Shown one piece after another: positions 35,813 through 42,650 of a DNA stretch of 46,458 nt (its first letter is position 1; each line of letters opens with the position of its first letter). Made by a program: the position numbers and the translations under genes. The stretch is taken from contig CAZFUP010000002.1 in the NCBI GenBank assembly GCA_964522055.1, forward strand, positions 308 to 46,765. The letters run 5' to 3'. The notes under the pieces are model-generated. The model was not told the DNA's origin and made no database searches. It saw only the letters and a list, made by a program, of their open reading frames with translations. Source of the DNA: an uncultured Gammaproteobacteria bacterium (GTDB taxonomy: Bacteria; Patescibacteriota; Patescibacteriia; Patescibacteriales; UBA12465).

Positions 35813-36277
35813 TTACTCAATTTTTTTAATGATGATCTGTTTCCCGTTAAAAGAAGTTGTTTCGCCAATTTTTTTTCCAAGAAGAACGGAATAAAGTGGG
35901 GCCTGTTTACTTACAGCAAATATACTTGTATTACCAACTTTAATTTTTTGACCGCCACCACAAGGAATCAGAAATATTAACTGACTACTGTTATTCGTAT
36001 TTATTTCTACTAATGAACCAAGCAGGACAGTGCTTGTCTCCTTGGGCAGTGAAAAATTAACCAGCTCTTTGATAATATTTTGCATATCGTGTGCCTTTTT
36101 AAAAAGAGCATTTGATAGATAGCTCATCTCTTCTTTTGTTGAGTCGTATCTAGATTCATTTCTTCCTGGAGCATTGATAGCGGCGTCTCTGACTGCGTCA
36201 GCCTGCTCTATCGTCGATTCAAGGGTTTTTTGCAATTTCTTGATGATTTCATCAAAAATTTCTTTTTTAGTTTTCAT
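35813..36277 (-). CDS. GreA/GreB/Rnk-family protein (second Gre-like paralogue; non-canonical coiled-coil tip)
   Basis: The likely start is ATG 36277 (MKTKKEIFDEI...); the tracked start at 36319 is TTG. N-terminal helical hairpin with GRNESRYDSTKEEMSYL. The C-terminal domain VLLGSLVEI...IFAVSKQAPLYSVLLGKKIGETTSFNGKQIIIKKIE fits the Gre C-terminal pattern (V..GS.V...IS..SPL...LLGKK.GD). Confidence 0.65.
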   Translation of the reverse strand: MKTKKEIFDEIIKKLQKTLESTIEQADAVRDAAINAPGRNESRYDSTKEEMSYLSNALFKKAHDMQNIIKELVNFSLPKETSTVLLGSLVEINTNNSSQLIFLIPCGGGQKIKVGNTSIFAVSKQAPLYSVLLGKKIGETTSFNGKQIIIKKIE

Positions 36278-36322
36278 AATTCCTATTTTTTTGTGAGTAT
36301 TTATGTTAAAGAACTTCAAATT

Positions 36323-36351
36323 AAACTACATCATTTATGATATTTTGTCAA
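36323..36351 (-). promoter_or_regulatory. Putative promoter of the Gre-like/kinase operon (TTGACA-17-TAGTTT)
   Basis: Minus strand reads ttgaca aaatatcataaatgatg tagttt. The -35 lies inside a 15-nt element shared with the nucleotidase promoter. Confidence 0.45.
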
Positions 36352-36352
36352 T

Positions 36353-36387
36353 GTTTGCGCGGCTTAGTTCAAGAAACTAGCGCAAAC
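36353..36387. promoter_or_regulatory. GC-rich inverted repeat GTTTGCGC-N19-GCGCAAAC between the divergent -35 boxes (candidate operator)
   Basis: Perfect 8-bp arms at 36353-36360 and 36380-36387. This is the only GC-rich patch in the AT-rich 173-bp divergent intergenic region. Confidence 0.45.
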
Positions 36388-36391
36388 ACCC

Positions 36392-36420
36392 TTGTTATTT
36401 TGAGCTTAATTTGAAATAAT
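36392..36420 (+). promoter_or_regulatory. Putative promoter of the CYTH/radical SAM operon (TTGTTA-17-AATAAT)
   Basis: ttgtta at 36392-36397 and aataat at 36415-36420, 30 nt upstream of ATG 36451. Confidence 0.3.
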
Positions 36421-36450
36421 ATTATTAATATCAACTTAAAAAATAAAATT

Positions 36451-36987
36451 ATGCAAATCGAAAATGAAGTTAAATTTAGAACGAGTAGACCCGGAAAATT
36501 AATGAAAAAGAAAATTATTGATTTTGGTTTTAAATTTAAAAAAGAAATATCTCAAGATGATTACTATTTTTCACCGCCACACAAAAAATTTGCCGGAACA
36601 AAAAAATATTATCTCCGTCTTAGAAAAAAATCAGATGGTACGGCCGTTTTTGCTTATCATGTAGTTATTAATAATTTACAAACCAAGGAATTAGAACTAG
36701 CCTGCGATAATTTTATAATTTTAAAAACTATTTTGACTAAGCTAGATTTTAAACTGGATTGCGTTGTTAAAAAACATAGACAAATATTTGTAGACGAAAA
36801 AAATAACTTTGAGTTAGTTCTCGATAAAGTTGTCGGTCTCGGTTATTTTATAGAAATTGAATATGTCGGCAAAATGACAAAAGCAACTAGCCAAAAATTT
36901 CAGGAGTTAGTTGATTATCTTGGTCTTAAAAAAAGTCAGATAGTCTCTGGTTGTGGATATCCTGACTTGTTAATGGAAAAAAAATAA
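36451..36987 (+). CDS. CYTH-domain protein (CyaB-like class IV adenylyl cyclase / triphosphate tunnel metalloenzyme)
   Basis: N-terminal ExExK signature (IENEVKF, nt 36460-36474), DDYYF, YLRLRKK, LVLDKVVGLGYFIEIEY, and a C-terminal GYPDLL. 178 aa, the typical size. Confidence 0.75.
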   Translation: MQIENEVKFRTSRPGKLMKKKIIDFGFKFKKEISQDDYYFSPPHKKFAGTKKYYLRLRKKSDGTAVFAYHVVINNLQTKELELACDNFIILKTILTKLDFKLDCVVKKHRQIFVDEKNNFELVLDKVVGLGYFIEIEYVGKMTKATSQKFQELVDYLGLKKSQIVSGCGYPDLLMEKK

Positions 36988-36991
36988 TATT

Positions 36992-37987
36992 ATGCTTAAA
37001 GTAAAATTTTGTTTACCTCGTTCAATTAGAATCAAATTAAATAGCACTTGTCAGTATAATTGTAAATTTTGTCATCAAGAGGGTAATAGTACTGCTCAAG
37101 AAGTCAATCAAGACGAGGTTGTTGCTTGTTTAAAAAAGTTTAAAAAAGAATTATTTTTTTACAGAGTTCACTATACGGGCGGAGAACCAACTTTATATCG
37201 AAATTTAATAAGTTTAATAAAAAAAACTAAAAAAATTGGCATCATTAACTCCATTACTTCAAATGGACAGTTTGATCCAAGCCTTTTGTCAAAACTTAAA
37301 GACGCGGGCCTCGACTCTATAAATTTCAGTATTCACTCTTTAGAAAAATTTTCATTTTTAAAACTACAAAATCATAAAATGAGCACTAAAGAAGGAGCTT
37401 TGTGGGCACAAAACTGTATAGACTTAGCTGTTAGCAATGTTATTAATGCAGAAAAGTTAATAAATACTAAAATCAACTGTGTTGTAGGTGATGAGTTTTC
37501 CAGTGCAGAAGATATATTATTGTTTTGTGCAAAAAACAATATTAAACTGCGGCTTTTAAATGATTTGTCTTTAGGTGAAAGATCTTTGCAAACAATTAAC
37601 TTTATTTTAAAGAAGAACGAAGCTAATTTAATTGGCCACGAGGTAACCTTAATTAGTTCTAGTCATCGTTTAGACTATCAACTCAATGAAAAATACAATT
37701 TTGGAGTTAAGTGTATTAGAAATTTTTATCTAAAGTCTCTCTGTGATGATTGCCCGATTAGAAGAGCGGGGAAATGCTACGAAGGATTTTATGGAATTCG
37801 TTTGGAGGGTAATCCACTTAAAGTAAGACTATGCTTATATCGTAATGGGTCGCCATTTGTACAAAGTCTAAAGGATTTCTTTAAAAGTAGGCAGTATAAA
37901 GAGCTTAAAAAAGATACCGAGAATGTCAAACAATATTTATTAAAAGATGATATTATAGAAGAGCAAAAAACTAATTTGAAAAAATAA
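36992..37987 (+). CDS. Radical SAM enzyme, MoaA/viperin-like (nucleoside-triphosphate-type architecture)
   Basis: IRIKLNSTCQYNCKFCHQEG (CX3CX2C at 37049-37072), YTGGEPTLYRNL, SITSNGQF, LKDAGLDSINFSIHSL. C-terminal cysteines CDDCPIRRAGKC...GIRLEGNPLKVRLCLY (37742-37834) are reminiscent of the MoaA auxiliary-cluster/GTP-binding tail. Starts 4 nt after the CYTH stop. Confidence 0.7.
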   Translation: MLKVKFCLPRSIRIKLNSTCQYNCKFCHQEGNSTAQEVNQDEVVACLKKFKKELFFYRVHYTGGEPTLYRNLISLIKKTKKIGIINSITSNGQFDPSLLSKLKDAGLDSINFSIHSLEKFSFLKLQNHKMSTKEGALWAQNCIDLAVSNVINAEKLINTKINCVVGDEFSSAEDILLFCAKNNIKLRLLNDLSLGERSLQTINFILKKNEANLIGHEVTLISSSHRLDYQLNEKYNFGVKCIRNFYLKSLCDDCPIRRAGKCYEGFYGIRLEGNPLKVRLCLYRNGSPFVQSLKDFFKSRQYKELKKDTENVKQYLLKDDIIEEQKTNLKK

Positions 37988-38092
37988 GTGAATCTTTAAG
38001 ATAGGATTTCTTTGAGTAATATAAATATTAAGAGTTAATATCTCATCTAATCTTAGTCATACTAGTTTGAACATCATCCACGATTCTGAACA

Positions 38093-38121
38093 TTGACAAA
38101 ATAACACTTTACAGCTTAATA
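38093..38121 (+). promoter_or_regulatory. Putative promoter of the HAD nucleotidase gene (TTGACA-17-TTAATA)
   Basis: Consensus -35 at 38093-38098 and -10 at 38116-38121, about 40 nt upstream of ATG 38160. Confidence 0.5.
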
Positions 38122-38159
38122 TTGCTTAAAATAGCAACTTAAAAAGAAAGAAGAAAACA

Positions 38160-38756
38160 ATGAACATCGCAGTAGATTTAGACGACACTTTAGTCGATTT
38201 ACTCGAACAATTAATTTTATTCCATAATAATACTTTTGGAACAAATTTAAAGAGAAATGATTTCAACACTTGTATTTATCAAAAGGTGTGGGGAGGAAGT
38301 CGAGAAGAGACAATAGCTAAAATAATGAATTTCATTGCTTCTCCGTATTTTCAGGACATACGACCTTTAATAGGCGCGGTTGAAGGTGTTGAACATTTAA
38401 AAAGCTTGGGACATAATCTGTTTTTAGTAACTGGCCGTGATAATAACACAAATATTTTAACTAGAAAATTATTAGATCAATATTTTTCTGGATATTTCTG
38501 TGGTGTTTATCACACTAATGCATATACGCATAGTGATGGTTGGCTCAAAAAATCAGAAGTTTGTGCACGCTTAAAAGCACCTCTTATCATCGACGATGAC
38601 CCAATTCATATTCATGATTGTACTGATCGAGGAATTAAAGTCTTAGTCTACGATAATCCATGGAACAGAATTGAATTGCCAGTTGGTGCAACGCGGGTAT
38701 TAAATTGGAAAGAAATTATTGTTTGCGTCAATGAGTTGGCAACAGAGAATCTTTAG
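38160..38756 (+). CDS. HAD-superfamily 5'(3')-deoxyribonucleotidase-like phosphatase (NT5C-like)
   Basis: Motif I IAVDLDDTLVD (DxDxT), motif II LFLVTGRD, and motif III/IV K...LIIDDDPIHI. The size and layout are like NT5C/YorS-type nucleotidases. Confidence 0.65.
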   Translation: MNIAVDLDDTLVDLLEQLILFHNNTFGTNLKRNDFNTCIYQKVWGGSREETIAKIMNFIASPYFQDIRPLIGAVEGVEHLKSLGHNLFLVTGRDNNTNILTRKLLDQYFSGYFCGVYHTNAYTHSDGWLKKSEVCARLKAPLIIDDDPIHIHDCTDRGIKVLVYDNPWNRIELPVGATRVLNWKEIIVCVNELATENL

Positions 38757-38775
38757 CAGGATTCTCTTTTTATTT
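38744..38775 (+). terminator. Rho-independent terminator overlapping the nucleotidase stop codon
   Basis: agagaatc-tttagcag-gattctct followed by TTTTTATTTT. Confidence 0.75.
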
Positions 38776-38894
38776 TAAGTAATAATAAATAATACTTAAT
38801 CATATATAATCTTAAAAAATACGTTTACAAAAGAATTTTTTTATGGTATATATTTATATAGTTTTCATTATTTTTCTTAATATTTTACAAACCT

Positions 38895-40394
38895 ATGACA
38901 CAAAAAAGTCATCAAAATGAAGATAAATTACCAGAAGAGTCTTCTCATATCAGTGAAACTGAGGATCGTCTGCGTAAACTAGAGGAATTAAAAGAAAAGG
39001 GAATTAATCCTTATCCAGCAAAGGTAAAGCGCGACATGACTGTTAAATCTTTTTTTGAGAACTTTAGCTTACTAGAAGAGAGGGCTGTAAATATCGTTGG
39101 CCGTCTAAGATCTAAAAGAATACATGGCAATCTTGCTTTTGCTGATTTACAAGATGAAAGCGGTACCTTGCAACTAGTTTTTTCTAAAAAAGAACTTGAG
39201 GGCGATAGTTTTAAAACTTTTGTTAAATTAATAGATACAGCTGATTTTATTCAAGTAACTGGTGTTCCGTTTTTAACCAATAAAGAGGTAAAGAGTTTAA
39301 TGATTAAAGATTTTAAACTTTTAACCAAAGCCTTAAAACCAATCCCTGATTCTTGGTATGGACTAAAAAATGAAGAAGAAAGACTTAGAAAAAGATATAT
39401 TGATTTACTGTTAAATGAAGAATTAAGAGATATTTTTTATAAAAAAGCTAAATTCTGGTCAGTCACTAGAGAATTCATGAAAAAGAAAGGTTTTTTTGAA
39501 GTAGAAACACCAACTTTAGAAACAACCACCGGTGGTGCTGAAGCTAATCCTTTTATAACTCACCATAATGATTTTGACATGCAAGTTTATCTTCGTATTT
39601 CCATTGGTGAATTGTGGCAAAAAAGATTAATGGCGGCTGGTTATGAAAAAGTTTTTGAAATTGGCCGTGCTTATCGTAATGAAGGTTCTAGCCCAGATCA
39701 TTTACAAGAATTTACCAACATGGAATTCTACTGGGCCTACGCTGATTATGAAGAAGGAATGAAGCTTGCTCAAGAGCTGTATCAAGAATTAGCTATGCAA
39801 GTTTTTGGCACTACTAAGTTTACAACCAAAGGAATGGAATATGATCTGTCAGGAGAATGGGAAAGAATTGATTATAGACAAACTGTCTTGGATAAAACCG
39901 GAATTGATGTTCTTGGTGCTAGTGAAGAAGAAATGAAGGCAAAGCTGGAAGAGTTAAAGGTTAAATATGAAGGGGATAATAAAGAGAGATTAATGGATAC
40001 TCTTTGGAAGTATTGTCGTCGTAGTATTGCTGGCCCGGTTTTTTTAATAAATCACCCAAAGTTAGTTTCACCGCTAGCCAAGGCTAAAACAGACAATCCA
40101 GAATTAACAGAAAGATTTCAAATTATTATTGCTGGATCAGAAATTGGTAATGGCTTTTCTGAATTAAATGACCCAATAGACCAAAGAAAAAGATTTAATT
40201 TGCAACAAGAATTAATAGACAGAGGGGATAATGAAGCGATGATGGCTGACTGGGAATTTGTCGAAATGCTAGAGCATGGCATGCCGCCTACTTGTGGTTT
40301 TGGTTTTGGCGAAAGATTGTTTGCTTTTTTATGCAATAAACCAGTTAGAGAAACAACCCTGTTTCCTCTAATGAAACCTAAAAAAGAGGATTAA
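38895..40394 (+). CDS. lysS: Lysyl-tRNA synthetase, class II
   Basis: OB-fold N-domain (GRLRSKRIHGNLAFADLQDESG). Class II motifs FFEVETPTLE, FEIGRAYRNEG and GFGFGERLF. Confidence 0.95.
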   Translation: MTQKSHQNEDKLPEESSHISETEDRLRKLEELKEKGINPYPAKVKRDMTVKSFFENFSLLEERAVNIVGRLRSKRIHGNLAFADLQDESGTLQLVFSKKELEGDSFKTFVKLIDTADFIQVTGVPFLTNKEVKSLMIKDFKLLTKALKPIPDSWYGLKNEEERLRKRYIDLLLNEELRDIFYKKAKFWSVTREFMKKKGFFEVETPTLETTTGGAEANPFITHHNDFDMQVYLRISIGELWQKRLMAAGYEKVFEIGRAYRNEGSSPDHLQEFTNMEFYWAYADYEEGMKLAQELYQELAMQVFGTTKFTTKGMEYDLSGEWERIDYRQTVLDKTGIDVLGASEEEMKAKLEELKVKYEGDNKERLMDTLWKYCRRSIAGPVFLINHPKLVSPLAKAKTDNPELTERFQIIIAGSEIGNGFSELNDPIDQRKRFNLQQELIDRGDNEAMMADWEFVEMLEHGMPPTCGFGFGERLFAFLCNKPVRETTLFPLMKPKKED

Positions 40395-40410
40395 TTTTTA
40401 TTAAAATAAA

Positions 40411-41223
40411 ATGAATAGGCTAATAAAAGCTTTAATTTATTCTTTTGCTTTACTGGTAATTTTAACTGGCGTCCTTTTTTTAATTAATTTTATTTCACCC
40501 GGTTCTAAAATTCCAGAAACAAGCAATGAGATAACTACAGAAACAGAAGAAGAAAAAAAGAACATGTTTATTGCTCAAGGTAAATTTGTTTGTTTACCTG
40601 TAATAGACGAAAACAAACCTCACAACGATATTTGTCTTTTTGGAATACAGACAAATGATGGTTATTATCGTTTGCAAACAAATGAAAACGAAAATTTTCT
40701 AGCTACTTTAGAAAATAATCAAAATATACAAGTCTCAGGTGAGTTAATAGCTGAAAACGATGGGGTCCATCAATCTTCAGGCACGATCCATATAGAAGAA
40801 ATAAAAAATTTAGAAGAAAAAAATAATATCCTTCCGGAAAATTTTAAAGCCGATTATATTTCTTTTTCAAATTACAAAATAAACAAATACAAAACAGAAA
40901 TGTATCCTCGCCTAGAATTCTGGCCAGAAAATGGAGAAATAGAATGTGAAGAGATAAACGGCAATCCTTTAAAGATAGCAAAAAAGAAAATAAACGGGAA
41001 AAAATATTGTATTGCCAATTCCAGCGAAGGAGCCGCCGGATCAGTTTACTCTCAATATGCTTATGGTACAGTTATAGATGATTATATTTACACAGTTATT
41101 TTTTTAGCTCGTTACTCAAATTGTGGCAATTATCCTGAAGAAGAAATGGCTAAATGTGAAAACGAAAGAAATTCTTTTAATCTGGATATTTTAGTAGATG
41201 AAGAAATTAAAAAAATTAAATAA
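40411..41223 (+). CDS. Hypothetical membrane-anchored/secreted Cys-containing protein
   Basis: N-terminal TM/signal anchor (LIYSFALLVILTGVLFLINFI). No recognisable family. Confidence 0.5.
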   Translation: MNRLIKALIYSFALLVILTGVLFLINFISPGSKIPETSNEITTETEEEKKNMFIAQGKFVCLPVIDENKPHNDICLFGIQTNDGYYRLQTNENENFLATLENNQNIQVSGELIAENDGVHQSSGTIHIEEIKNLEEKNNILPENFKADYISFSNYKINKYKTEMYPRLEFWPENGEIECEEINGNPLKIAKKKINGKKYCIANSSEGAAGSVYSQYAYGTVIDDYIYTVIFLARYSNCGNYPEEEMAKCENERNSFNLDILVDEEIKKIK

Positions 41224-41252
41224 TTAAAGAACTTTAAAAAAAACCGAAGAGA

Positions 41253-41588
41253 ATGAAAGAGAGAAGAAAAAACTTCTTTATTTATCTTTGGGCAATTCTT
41301 ATTCTACTTGGCGGGATATTTTTTGCACAAAGCTTGCTTTGGGGAATATTTGGTGGACTTGTAATTAATTTCTATGCTGAAAAAATGGCAAATGAAAGAA
41401 AAATTAGGTCTATCCAATTTACCGCCCTGTTCCTTGGTCCATTAATTTTTGTCATTCTTTATTATTTCAATATAATAAAGAGTGATTTTCATTGGGCTAA
41501 TGTCATAGTAGTTTTGTCATTCAATTGGACAGAGTCTATAATTGAAGTATTTGACTACAACAATCATAGAGCGTCATTTTTAAAATGA
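41253..41588 (+). CDS. Small hypothetical membrane protein (3 predicted TM segments)
   Basis: Hydrophobic segments FFIYLWAILILLGGIFF, LWGIFGGLVINF and FTALFLGPLIFVILYYF. This is the only CDS in the window ending in TGA. Confidence 0.45.
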   Translation: MKERRKNFFIYLWAILILLGGIFFAQSLLWGIFGGLVINFYAEKMANERKIRSIQFTALFLGPLIFVILYYFNIIKSDFHWANVIVVLSFNWTESIIEVFDYNNHRASFLK

Positions 41589-41598
41589 CGCTTTTTTA
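41570..41598 (+). terminator. Rho-independent terminator
   Basis: Palindrome gcgtcatttt-t-aaaatgacgc followed by T6. It spans the TGA stop. Confidence 0.7.
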
Positions 41599-41604
41599 TT
41601 TGTA

Positions 41605-41613
41605 TGCTATAAT
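41605..41613 (+). promoter_or_regulatory. Extended -10 promoter element (TGCTATAAT) upstream of the metal-transport genes
   Basis: tgctataat lies 48 nt upstream of ATG 41662. Confidence 0.45.
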
Positions 41614-41661
41614 CAAACCTGAGGGCGGCTAATAAGGCAGCCAATTTTTAAGAGAAAAAAA

Positions 41662-42648
41662 ATGAAAAAGAAAAAAATTTTCCCAACTAGTGCTGCTAAT
41701 TTAATGACACGGTCAGTGCCAATAGCTAGTGTTAACGACAGCATTGAAACTGTAAAGAAGAATTTTTTTAAGGAAATAAAAAAATTAAAATCAATTAACT
41801 ACGTTTACGTTATTGATAATAAAAACTTCTTAAAGGGAACAGTTTCCATAAGAGAATTATTCCAACAAACCAGAAACAGAAACATAACAGCAATCATGGA
41901 AAAAGATCTTGTTTATGCCTATAAGAATTCTGATAGGGAAGAGGTCGCCTATTTAGCTTTAAAAAATAACATTAAATCAGTCCCTATCCTTGATAAAAGA
42001 AATAAATTTACTGGCGTAGTTTTAAATGATGATATTTTAAAAATTATCTACAAAGAATTGCAAGAAGATATTTCTCATTTTATCGGTTTAGATCCGGAAA
42101 TAGATAATGGGAATTTGGATGATATTCGTTCTATGTCTATTTATGCTTCTTTGAAAAACCGTTTACCTTGGCTTATCGTTGGTATTCTTGGTGGTGTTTT
42201 GGCAGCTCAAGTTATCAGTATATTTGAACAAACTTTATCCAAAAATATTATCTTAGCCGCCTTTATACCGCTAGTAGTTTATATTGCCTCTGCTATTGGC
42301 ACTCAAGCTGGATTTTTTATAGTAAGAGACTTGGCAATCAACAAAACTATTAATTTTTTTTCCTACACCTTTAAACAATTTAAAGTAATTTCAGCTATGG
42401 GTGTGATTATTGGCTGTTTAATATTTATTTTTTCTTTAATTTTTTATCAAAGTATTAATTTAGCCTTAATATTATCCCTATCCATCTTTTTGACTATAAT
42501 ATCAGCTATAATCACTGGAATTTTTATTCCCTATGCTTTTAGCCGCTTAAAATTTGACCCGGCTAATGCTAGCGGCCCAATCGCTACTATTATCCAAGAT
42601 CTTTTAAGTGTTTCTATTTATTTAATAATTGCTAGTGCTTTATTATAA
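41662..42648 (+). CDS. Short MgtE-family divalent cation transporter (CBS pair plus MgtE membrane domain, no MgtE_N domain)
   Basis: CBS-like N-terminal region (LMTRSVPIASVNDSI..., NYVYVIDNKNFLKGTVSIRELF, SVPILDKRNKFTGVV). The TM domain ends in NASGPIATIIQDLLSVSIYLIIA, the MgtE signature. Confidence 0.75.
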   Translation: MKKKKIFPTSAANLMTRSVPIASVNDSIETVKKNFFKEIKKLKSINYVYVIDNKNFLKGTVSIRELFQQTRNRNITAIMEKDLVYAYKNSDREEVAYLALKNNIKSVPILDKRNKFTGVVLNDDILKIIYKELQEDISHFIGLDPEIDNGNLDDIRSMSIYASLKNRLPWLIVGILGGVLAAQVISIFEQTLSKNIILAAFIPLVVYIASAIGTQAGFFIVRDLAINKTINFFSYTFKQFKVISAMGVIIGCLIFIFSLIFYQSINLALILSLSIFLTIISAIITGIFIPYAFSRLKFDPANASGPIATIIQDLLSVSIYLIIASALL

Positions 42649-42650
42649 AT

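Noticed and set aside
36992-37987. Plain housekeeping MoaA (molybdenum cofactor biosynthesis).
   Set aside because: This is not fully excluded. It is disfavoured because no other Moco gene is in the window, the gene is coupled to a CYTH protein, and the C-terminal cluster region carries an insertion. A genome-wide check is needed.
4532-40336. Other short ORFs nested in or antisense to long, well-supported genes: 4532-4729, 9135-9329, 9422-9619, 10911-11105, 12447-12647, 14344-14532, 16920-17117, 19664-19963, 21424-21907, 22676-22867, 23871-24122, 26607-26798, 27264-27482, 27754-28071, 28160-28357, 29613-29909, 30823-31038, 35112-35327, 35667-35894 and 40118-40336.
   Set aside because: Each lies wholly within a longer ORF that has clear family motifs. 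None has motifs of its own. AT-rich genomes generate many such stop-free stretches.
41589-41661. Mg2+ (M-box) riboswitch upstream of the first MgtE-family gene.
   Set aside because: The gap is only 73 nt and is mostly occupied by a terminator tail and a promoter. That is too short for an M-box aptamer of about 160 nt.
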